A stretch of DNA of 64,000 bases from Schmidtea polychroa (Eukaryota), in the NCBI GenBank assembly GCA_044892525.1, contig CM097885.1, forward strand, positions 202,244,001-202,308,000. The letters are read 5' to 3'. Each line of letters begins with the position of its first letter. The stretch's first letter is position 1. A program made the translations under genes and the position numbers. Positions 54,284 to 64,000 of the stretch are shown in pieces. The notes under the pieces are model-generated. The model was not told the origin of the DNA and searched no databases. It saw only the letters and a list, made by a program, of their open reading frames with translations.

Positions 54284-57200
54284 ATCATGTCTAGAAAAGC
54301 ATTTCCATTTCTTTTTGCTTCATTCCTAGATTTAATATTTCCCTCTATAAACTTTTTCATAAATGGTCTTTGGGAAAACTTTATTATAGAATGGATATTT
54401 TTTATTTTCATCCCATGAGAAAGATAAAACTTCAACAACCTATAGTGACAAAGATAATAAGTTTTATCAGTTTGATCACATAAAAGTTTTGTGGTTGTTG
54501 GTCTATCTTGTTGGGATGATAATTCATTGGAATCTACTTTCCTTTTTACTGGAGCAAAAGGAAAGTATCTAGTAACATATTTTATATCATTGGGGTATTC
54601 TAAATCACATTCTATTATATATCCCACTTCTGAATCTTTTTCTGTTGATAATATTTGATTCATAAGTTTTCTTAGGAGATCCTTTTCCTTGGGGATATCT
54701 ACCTGAATGAACTTATCAATTGGAAGGTATTGAGTCATTACTCCTGAATATAATGCTGTTGCATCTATATACATTATTTCTGATGGATTTGATAATCCTT
54801 CCTTTATTAATTTAGAATCCTGTTCTGTTTTTATTTGTATATAGTCTGCTTCAGGATCTTCACTAAAGAATTTCTTATAGAGAGATAGGAAGTTGTTTGC
54901 AGTGATTTCTCGGTCTCCCATCACGGAGCTAACACCCCCTCGAATATTTTCTTTAAGTACATTAAACATGTCGAGTTCAGTTAATAGTTCTATAGATGCT
55001 GTCTCGGAGCCAGAGGTCCACATAGTATATAATAATATATCCCAAGCTAGAGATGGGGATGTTATATAGTTGTAGGGTTTTAATTCAAATGCCTTGCAAA
55101 ATCCTTCAAAACAGTCTGCAAGGATATAAACATCGAGGGTTAAATACATGTCAGTATATTCCCCAATGTTTTTACATTTGAATAATTTGAACATTTTGTT
55201 GGCTCGGGTATATTCTTGATCACTTATACCCATTTGATTTAATTTTGAAAAGAATTCCTCTTGACCTGGTAATTCTGTTTCATTATAACGATCAAAAGAA
55301 TCTATATAATCATAAGGATAGATTCCTTTAGCCAGACATGTTTTATATTCCTCCTGGGGAATCTTATTTTTTACTAATACTTTTTCTATTGTATATGTAA
55401 AGTCTTCTGGTTTCATAGTTTTAGCTATTCCATCCAAAGACATTGATAGAAAGTTTAATGGATCTATAAACTTCAATCGTCCATATTGTACATATTTATA
55501 TTTCTCTTTTGTAAGTCCTATGACTTTAAAAGAGTTTTTAGCCTTTGCAGCTAAATGCTTTATGAATAAATGTATATCATATCCAAAAAGATTATGGAAT
55601 ATGACAGGGATAAAGTTTGGTTTCCTACAATTAATATTGCAGTTTTTATGGGCTGCACCCCTAAAGTTGTTTAGTTTTTTAAAATGGTCGTGATCTGGGA
55701 CTTTTATGTTTTCTTGTCTTTCTTGTCCTTCGTGAAATAGTCTTTGTTCTTCCTCTTCAAGACTTTCAGAATGACTTTCAGGATGGGGATCCTCAAATGG
55801 TTGTTTGCACATCCAACAAGTTGTTGCGTTTTCATATTCTTCCCATTGTTGTTCTGAAAAGTTTATTAGAAAGTTTGTTTTTAATATTTTAAAGAGTTTA
55901 TGTTCTAAATCGTTTATATCTTTAGTAAAATGATTTAGAGTTTCTTCTTCTGAGGATCCTCTATATGAATATTCTTTAGATTCTATAAGTTCGGGGTAAT
56001 TACTTTTAAAAAACAGTTTATAAGCTGATGCTACTTGTTTTGTTAGTTTTACTGTATAAGATTTATTATTTAAGTCTAGAAAGTTTTTCATACTTTCCCA
56101 TCCTGTTGATTTTCGTTGATTCCATGATTCTAATAGATTATTTTTTTCTATTATTTTTAAATATTCTTGCTCTAAATCTTGTTTTATAGTTATAGCTTCA
56201 AGGTCTCCATATATTACACCTAATGATTCTAGTAAGTTTGAAAAGTTTTTAAAGTGCATATTAGACTTTTCTTTGCTTGGCATTTTAATTAATGCTGGTA
56301 GGTTCTTACAACATAATCTTTCATGTTTAAATGCTGCAATGTCTGAGGCTGAATAATATAGACAACGTTCCACCGCTGTGGTGATTTTTTGATCGCATAA
56401 AACTTTGAAAGTTTTTTATTAGAATATAATGTTGTTTCATCTCAATGTCTTCTTGCTCTTCTTCAAGGTTTGACTCTTGAATATTTAAATATTGTTCTTC
56501 CTCATCTAGATCATCATATTCCTTATAAGTTTGTTCTCCTTTTTTATTTTCTTGTAATATTAAAAGATATATTTCTCTATTTTTATCTTGTTCTAATAAT
56601 TCCCTATTTGAAATGTGAATTGGGATGATGTGTTTCCTATCACCTACCTGACAAATATATTCATAAATTTTAAGTTTAATATTATTTAATTTTTCAAATT
56701 TTGGAATGTATTCAATCTTCATTGGGTGTTTAAATCCTTTTGGATATATTAATTCATTTTCATATTGCTTATATTTTGTAGGTCTTTCATTATGATTTCC
56801 TTGATGATGTAAATGTGCTAGTATTGACCATTGGAAACATTTATTATCCTTATTTCGAATATTTATAATGTGAATAGAAGTAAAGGGGGTAGGGATATAT
56901 GATTTAGGGTTTGGAAGTGCTCCTCTCCAATATTCAATTTCAAGTGATTGAAATGAATGAAATTTTAGGTTTGACTCTCCTAATTCTTGTTCAACCACTC
57001 TATGCTCTTCTCCAACTTTATGAATAATATTTTTAATTGTTTTTTTAAATCCCTTGGTTGAGAATAAATAATTATAAGGTGTTTCAATAATACGGTCTAG
57101 GACTGCTGTGTTTACATCTTCACCCCTCCAATATTTTGAGAGGATTCTAATTTTATATTTAATAACATTAAATCTTGATTTACCAAATTTTTTTATAGCA

Positions 57201-57715
57201 TCTTCCATTGATTTTTTTATTTTTTGTTTATTTCTTTTTATATACTCTAAAGATGAAGAGGATATAAATGGTTGTTCAAATTTATCTACATGGTTAAAGT
57301 TATCCCAATTATAATTTTCTTTTTCAAAAGGTTCTTCATCTTCTTCATCTTCTCTAATTTTTATATATTTTTCTTCTTCAAGGTCTTCAGGATCTCTTTT
57401 AACAATAGCACATTGTTTTAAATGTTTTAAATAATAAGATTCTGTGGTGAATTTTAATCTACATATAGGACATTCAAATTTTTTTCTATTTCTTTTAATC
57501 CCAATACAGTTTTTAAAATGGTTATCATATCCTAAAAGTAAATATTTTTCTTTACATTTAGGACAAAGTTTTGAGTTTGTATCATTTAGTCCAACTGTCT
57601 TTAATAAATGCTCTTTAGATTTTTGGTGTGATATTAGTGCTGTTCTATTTTTAAATTTTTTATTGCATATACTACAATTATAAATATTCAAAATTTTAAA
57701 GTTGTTAATATTCAT
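54121..57715 (-). pseudogene. polB: protein-primed family B DNA polymerase (one frameshift near 56375; truncated after motif B)
   Basis: N-terminal zinc fingers; ExoI YGDLE, endonuclease-VII-like CWMC...DHDH...HKNCN, ExoII FHNLFGYD, KGIYPYDY, ExoIII YLTLDV, PolA DATALY, PolB KLLNNSVFGK; no YxDTDS motif C. Confidence 0.92.
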
Positions 57716-57744
57716 TTTTTTAAAAATTTTTTTTATTGGGTATG

Positions 57745-58035
57745 CTATTAAATTAGCAAGTTGCGCAGTTTGCTAATTTTTAAGATTTAAATTTTTTATA
57801 TTTTTATAGTAGTGGATGTATGGCCTTCACGGACGCTGACCCTTTTCAAGTTTCCCACTTCAATCACTTGGGTCTGTGAGGATTGGAGCCGTGTATTTGA
57901 GGGTTTTATGACTAAAAGATGTAAATATAGGGGGTTAAAAGATGAAAAAGTTTAGTTTTTTAGTCTGGACGTGAAGGGGCTTGGCACTGGGGGCTAGGGG
58001 GGGGTTGGGTCCGTGAAGGCCATACATCCACTACT
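57745..58035 (-). repeat. right TIR (291 bp)
   Basis: See left TIR. Confidence 0.96.
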
Positions 58036-58077
58036 CATTTTGTTTCATTAGTTTAAAATAAATAATTCATATTACCA

Positions 58078-58440
58078 ATGATGAAATGTATATCCAAACC
58101 TAAAAACTTAATTTTAAAAGAAAAACATGAGGTAATTATCATAATCAAAGAAAGGAAAACGTCTGTAAATAATGTAGTAACTTTTTTTGAGTGTGGAAAA
58201 CGTCAAATATATAATATTTTGAAGGATGAGAATATTAAGCATGAAAAAATACTTGTTAGGAAATGAAAGCATTCATGATTCAAAGAACCGTTTGAGGATT
58301 TAGTTTTCGAATGATTTTGTAAAACAAGAGTTAAGCATTTCCCTTTTTCAAGATCAATCTTCCCAGAAAAAGCACTCCAAATTTCAAATAAATTGAATAG
58401 AAATGATTTTAAAGCGTCAAACGGATAGTGGTTAATTTGA
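58078..58440 (+). pseudogene. Tigger/pogo transposase N-terminal remnant (psq/CENP-B-type HTH)
   Basis: LILKEKHEVI...FECGKRQIYNILK, then frameshifted EKALQISNKLNRNDFKASNG*WL. Confidence 0.78.
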
Positions 58441-59564
58441 ATTTTTGGTAAAAACCCTCTAGATTGCTCTGCAAGCCTTGAACTGTTATATTTTATTAAT
58501 AAAAGGAACATGTTTCATTCTTTCATGTTCTGATACAGTTTCTGTTTGAATGGGCGAGACCTCGATCAGTGACTATTAATTCTGTCACTTCACTAATAAA
58601 AGCAACGTAACCACAAGAATCATTTAAATTGATTGGAAATGATATAAAAAATCATTTAAAACAATAGATTGAACAACTTTGACGGTTTATAAATTATCTT
58701 TATTCACAAATTCAGCCATTTTTGCATCGTTTTCATCTTCTCTGTCGATAAATGATTCTGGTTGTAAAATAGATGGCTTCATTTGGCAAATATCTAATAA
58801 TAATTTGTTTTTTATTCAATTTAGCAAAAGTTCAATATCAACTCAAAACCAGCTTTAAAATAAAATAAATCCAATATTCCAGAATTTTTAAGACTTCCTC
58901 TCTCGGATTAAGTAATTTAATACACTGTCCCTATTAAAAAAATTAATTTTTAACGTCATTATTAATTGATTTATTACATAAATTAATTGGTTGAACGTCA
59001 ACGTGGAATAATTTTAAAAGTTTCAGCTTTCACATTAAAATGGTCTCGGCATCTTTGTATATGGATTTCAATGCTACAACTTTATATAGGGAGAAATGGT
59101 TTTGAATTGATTTTTTAATACAAATTTCATGGACAGTAAAAAACGTGTTATTAATGAAATATTGAATTTGGCCATAAATATTTCTATATATAGTTTTCAA
59201 TGACCTAAGCCTGACTTTATTAAAAACACATAGATGATTTTAAATAGGGAGTTATGGACATAATCCAGGAGGCTTATTGACCTGTACTTTTGGTTCTGAT
59301 GTGGTTTCCATATTAGAGTTAGAACGCTTCATTTGAAAGTCGAGTCAGAAAGTTTATTATTCAAAAATATAATGTTTTTGAGAAATAATGTTTTAATATT
59401 TTGAGTAATTCAATAAAATATTTACAATAAAATTAAAAATTCCTAAATATTGTATTCAAAGTAGCAAAATTATATATTTAACCAAATTCTTATAAAATCT
59501 TTGTTTAATCAACATTAAACATATTTCCAATAATTTTTAGTGGAGTTTTGCTATGAATTTGCTA

Positions 59565-61142
59565 TCAACCAATGAGAATATTGAAATTTTCTACTAAAAT
59601 TACAAGTTCGGAAATTCGAATTCCTATTTTCTTAGATTCGTTGCAAATCTCTATTATTTTATCCAAATTGGTAACAATATTGGATTTTGAGTTTAACCAG
59701 AATTTTTTATTAAAAAATATTTTACCTGATTTATAAAATATTGTTTCAAGTACAATTTTTAATAGATTTTCTAATAATTGAAGTGAAGAGTGAGTGTTTA
59801 ATAAATTACTGTAAGCTTCATTTGACTCAATCTTATGCAAATATTCTTTCCTTCTCATTAATACAAAATCATTGATAAAAGATTCTTGGCACATAGTTAA
59901 CCATTGGAGTTTTAATTTATGAATAGAATCAAACAAATCGTTCTTGTAAAATTGTAACTCTAATTGGTTTTTACACAATCTTTCTATGAGTTTTACTGCA
60001 CTCATTAACATTTCTAATGTGCTAAAAATAAGAGAAAGGTTTTTCTCTGTTATTGAAGTCACTATACTTGGTCCTAATTCCGAAATATTTTTCAAATATA
60101 AACTTAATTCTTCAATCTTTTGCCCGTAATTTGTGGATATTAATTCATTATTGTCAATGCACGTCATATAGCATTTATTGGTGACAAATTGAAATGTCAA
60201 AACACAATTACAGCAGAGACCCTTTTCACAATTTTGGCATTGATATCCACCGATTATTATGAGTGATGAGGAACATAGTAGACATTTAAAATCTGTGACG
60301 TTGAATAACTCGCAAGTTACGTCCGTTGGCAAATGGTTTGTTAAATGTAACAACACTGCCTTACTCAATAAAATCTGCTTTTCTCTAAAAATATTATTCT
60401 TTTTTAAATGAATTATTGTATATTTTAAAGATTCTAATATAATTTCTTCTGTTTGTTTAGGATCCTTTTGCAAAAAAATAATTATCCAATTAAAACATTC
60501 ATAATGCATTAAATTTGAGAGTTCTAAACATTGTAGGCATCTTTTAAACATGCCTACTTTTTCTAAATGATCACCAACAACTTCGTACTTTTCACCATCA
60601 AAAAAGAATTTATTTTTTGTTAATTTATCTTCAATTATGCTCAATTTATTAAAATTCTCCTGTGAGTTAAATTCTAAAGTTTCTAAATGACATTTGAATA
60701 AAAGAGAGCTTAAAATTCCAAATCTTTGTATGAGTATTTTGGATTTTGAGTTGAACTCTTTCCTATCGGCACAATGAAATTTATTTATCAAATTTTCATA
60801 CATCGATTTACACTTTAAACTGTAATATTTTTCGAAATATTGGAAAAAAGAATTTTTACGAATAAATTCTCTAGAAATATTCAAAATCATATTATTAAAG
60901 TTCTGTAATAATTCTTTCTGTAATTTTCTTCGTATAGGTTTTAAATTCTTTTTCCTACTTGTTGAATCATAAAACGTCAATGATGAAATTTGTGATCTAT
61001 CGAATGGGCAATTAATATTTCTAGACAACCAAGATTTTGTACATTCAACACATAAAGAATGACCACAGTTTTCATATCTTACCATGCAGTCATGAGACAC
61101 TAATAAAGTACATACTAAGCATTCAATATCTTCATAATTCAT
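59565..61142 (-). CDS. intronless 525-aa protein with an N-terminal RING-HC finger and a second degenerate RING; putative E3 ubiquitin ligase
   Basis: Intact ORF; CLVC-x14-CGH-x2-CVEC-x10-CPFD; second unit CLLC-x14-CEKGLCCNC-x10-C. Confidence 0.85.
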   Translation of the reverse strand: MNYEDIECLVCTLLVSHDCMVRYENCGHSLCVECTKSWLSRNINCPFDRSQISSLTFYDSTSRKKNLKPIRRKLQKELLQNFNNMILNISREFIRKNSFFQYFEKYYSLKCKSMYENLINKFHCADRKEFNSKSKILIQRFGILSSLLFKCHLETLEFNSQENFNKLSIIEDKLTKNKFFFDGEKYEVVGDHLEKVGMFKRCLQCLELSNLMHYECFNWIIIFLQKDPKQTEEIILESLKYTIIHLKKNNIFREKQILLSKAVLLHLTNHLPTDVTCELFNVTDFKCLLCSSSLIIIGGYQCQNCEKGLCCNCVLTFQFVTNKCYMTCIDNNELISTNYGQKIEELSLYLKNISELGPSIVTSITEKNLSLIFSTLEMLMSAVKLIERLCKNQLELQFYKNDLFDSIHKLKLQWLTMCQESFINDFVLMRRKEYLHKIESNEAYSNLLNTHSSLQLLENLLKIVLETIFYKSGKIFFNKKFWLNSKSNIVTNLDKIIEICNESKKIGIRISELVILVENFNILIG

Positions 61143-62046
61143 TTTATAACTTCTATTACCGTTGACAAATTTTATTAAATTCCAAATATCATTTTTTTCA
61201 CATTTATTGAATGATGATTGGTTAAAATTAATTCATTTAGATTCTTTAAAATTTTAATATTTAGTAAATTAAAATTTCAAGCAATTGTTTTTAATTTGAA
61301 AATTAAAAATTTTCATTTAATTCATAAAAATTTTTGAAGTTTTAAATTAATATAAAAATACATTTTTAGTTAATTAAATAGAATATTATTATAATTTTTT
61401 AAACGATAAATATCAATATTATAGTTTATAGCAAAAAATTCACTTCATATTCGACATAGAAAGTTTAAAATTTTTCAATAACTTTTGATTCTAATCGACA
61501 TTAGATTTTCATTGAATGTTATCTGAAAATCGACTTATTTATTGAATGATGCATAATTCATCCAATTTATATTTTAAAACTGTTTCACTTTGTCAAATAT
61601 TAAGTTATTTAATTAAAATCTACTTATTTCTTTTAATTTTTGCTTAATAATGTTTAATTTAAAATCTACATCATAATATTTTTGTTTCAACCTTATTTGA
61701 AAATCGACTTTTCCTTAGAATATATAATTTATTTAATTTAACCATGACTTTTTTTAAATTACATTGTTAAATTTTGTTAAAAACGTTTAAAATAAATTTA
61801 ACTTATTATTATATCAGTATGATTGTATCAAATTACGTATTTAATATTAACAGGTGATATTTTAAATTATACATTTACTCATTGTAGAACGATCTTATTA
61901 TTATTATTTTTCAGCACCACAAATTATCGCACTCCCCATTCAATTAGTTTTATTTAACAAGATAAAAGCAATTATAAATTTTAAAATATTTTAATTATTA
62001 AAAAATAACATAATTTTAAACGTTAATAAATAAAAACCAAATAGTA

Positions 62047-63644
62047 CAGTAAAATCCCCACATAAAGTACACCCTATTGGCAAACAATTCTTCGGGTGTA
62101 CTTCTTAAAGGTAGGTGTACCTATAAGAGAAATATTGAAAAATAAAAAAAGTTTGATACATCATATTCAATAAAAATTGAGTGTCTTTATATATGTTAAA
62201 TGTCGTGAAGTTTAAAATTCTAGCAAATAAATAGTTTCAGTCATGAAAAGAGATAAAAATTAAATTTAAAGGATACAACAATTATTTTTTAATTAAGAAT
62301 TCATCAAGATTTTGCCTTTTTTTTCTTACTTTCTGATTAAACTGCAATAAGTAATGCTCTTCTTCAATTAATCTCTTCGTTTTAGCATAAACAGCAAATT
62401 TTGAAATCATTTGCATTGCTTTACAATTAGTTATGGGTTGAATTTTTTCATCTTTCTAATTTATCATCCTTACTCTCATTTTCTTCATCATCCTGATTAG
62501 TTAGATAATCATCTAATCATCTAATGTTATTTTTTTATAGGTAATTTATAGGTTAATTTAACAAGCGTGCACGGACAAACCACCTATATAAAACTACATT
62601 AACCTCGTCGTTTTTCGATAGTCTGCCTCTTTTTAATGAACCTCCTCTTTCAGCAATTGACATTATTTCTGATTGTTTGTCCTTCACCGCCTGGACACAT
62701 CAAAATATTTTGCAGTTTCTCTTACACTTTTATTCCTTCATAGATATTCTATAATATTTATCTTCTCCAAATCCGCAAACTATCTTTTTTTGCTGTGGTG
62801 TTGTGATTTTCCATTTTGGATTTTTTTCCAAATTGGATGGTTAGTGGTATACATACATTCACTAAAACAAACAAAATAAGACGCGCGAGTTATGAAGATG
62901 TTTGCAATTGGGTTCTTGAAAGTTGGAATGAAGTCACTCCTAAATGTGTAAAAAATAGCTTCAAGAGAGCATTGCTTCATATTTATAGTGATAACAATGT
63001 TAGTCAAACAAATGAAGATAATAGTGACGATACAGATTCCGACAATTATGATGATGAAGAATTAGTTCCAATTCTTGAGCAATATAGTGATATTCTAGAA
63101 ACTATTATTATTGAGTCTGACGAAGAGTTTCATGGTTTCGAATAAAATTTAATTAAATTATGTGATATGCAATACTCTATTAATTCATCTAGACTTAAAA
63201 ATGTACGAAACTTTTGTAACTTTTAATAAAACTTTTAAGACAAATATTAAAACTTAAAAATTATATTTAATAAAAAAATTCATGTATTACCCACACTATT
63301 AAATTTTCCAGAAAAGTAACTTTTTGTCTTGTATAATCCCCGGGTTATACGCAAGAAATTAGGCTAATTGTTTTTAATATTTAACCTTTTAATAATATTA
63401 TAAATATATTTCACTAATAAATCTCTAAATAAAATTTTAAAGATTATAAAAATATAAGATGTTTAAAATAAGTATATTGATATTCTTTCTATTGAGTTAA
63501 TTAATATTTTTTAAAATTATATAAATAAAATTGTGTACTTTGCGATGTACTTTGTATAGAGTTAATACCCCTTAAAATACAAATGCGGTTCATTTTCATT
63601 TTTTTGTACCTTTAATAGAGGTGTACTCTAAGGGGGTTTTAATG
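62047..63644 (-). mobile_element. deleted Tigger-like element with a nested pogo fragment
   Basis: TIRs CAGTAAAATCCCCACATAAAGTACACC / CATTAAAACCCCCTTAGAGTACACC, TA on both flanks; minus-strand HTH remnant LEKINIIEYL*RNKSVRETAKYFDVSR from about 62814. Confidence 0.72.
62816..63145 (+). pseudogene. pogo-family transposase C-terminal fragment
   Basis: HTFTKTNKIRRASYEDVCNWVLESWNEV...VKNSFK, acidic tail ending EFHGFE; TIR-like gggttatacgc near 63340. Confidence 0.8.
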
Positions 63645-64000
63645 TACTACTTATCTTTCACCTTTGATCTTTTCCTATTAATGTTTGTAAGATTAAAGCT
63701 AAAAACAATAATTAAGGTACACTGTACACTATAAGGGTCGTTTATTAAAAAAATTGGTTTTGACAAATAATCTAAATCAACGTTTCCTAAAGGTTTTTCT
63801 TCGTGACCCGGTTTTTTAATATTTTTCCTTCGTGACCTAATACCTAATTTTTTTTATTATAGTTATTGTTAAAATGAAAGTAAACAATGGGTAATTTTAT
63901 TAATGGTAAAACCAAAGTAGCTCTAACAAAGATTTCATGCAAACAATGCAAATAAGCATAAAAAAAATATGAATAAAAGTGTTTATGAATAAAATAAATA

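Larger units (their letters stand above)
52693..58035. mobile_element. compact, internally deleted Polinton/Maverick (adintovirus-like) element
   Basis: Termini AGTAGT...ACTACT, ~290-bp TIRs, 6-bp TSD CATTTT (52687-52692, 58036-58041), double-jelly-roll capsid and pPolB genes. Confidence 0.94.

Noticed and set aside
56327-56420. Programmed ribosomal frameshift in polB (and in the capsid gene near 53640 and 53730)
   Set aside because: All are +1-type shifts with no recognisable slippery heptamer or stimulator; mutation or consensus error is simpler.
52693-58035. Complete autonomous two-gene virus (bidnavirus-like minimal genome)
   Set aside because: polB lacks motif C, both genes are frameshifted, and the 6-bp TSD implies an integrase that is not encoded here.
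59565-61142. RING gene as Polinton cargo
   Set aside because: It lies outside the right TIR and TSD and is separated by a Tigger remnant.
1-64000. tRNA or rRNA genes
   Set aside because: None recognised by eye; tRNAscan-SE and Infernal were not run.

Overview
Very AT-rich eukaryotic (metazoan-like, possibly planarian flatworm; host identity is inference only) scaffold segment. It has six N-gaps (846-984, 14402-14540, 24083-24214, 24400-24527, 37042-37196, 43913-44134), (AAT)n/(TA)n microsatellites and dense transposon debris: four hAT non-autonomous elements with perfect 8-bp TSDs, a Harbinger MITE, mariner, pogo/Tigger and hAT fragments, and Ty3/Gypsy remnants. A + strand host gene can be assembled from five phase-compatible exons (19401-40491), and an intronless tandem-RING gene lies at 59565-61142 (-). 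The standout feature is a 5343-bp Polinton/Maverick-type element (52693-58035) with AGTAGT termini, ~290-bp TIRs and a 6-bp CATTTT TSD. It carries only a double-jelly-roll capsid gene and a protein-primed DNA polymerase B gene, joined head-on at an apparent deletion that removed polymerase motif C; no integrase, ATPase or protease is seen. Each TIR contains an internal inverted copy of its own terminal 27 bp, a G-quadruplex-type tract, a TATA-like motif and a 28-bp palindrome. Two long-hairpin repeat families and an insert flanked by a 194-bp direct repeat also merit follow-up. All family assignments come from motif recognition by eye; no searches were run.
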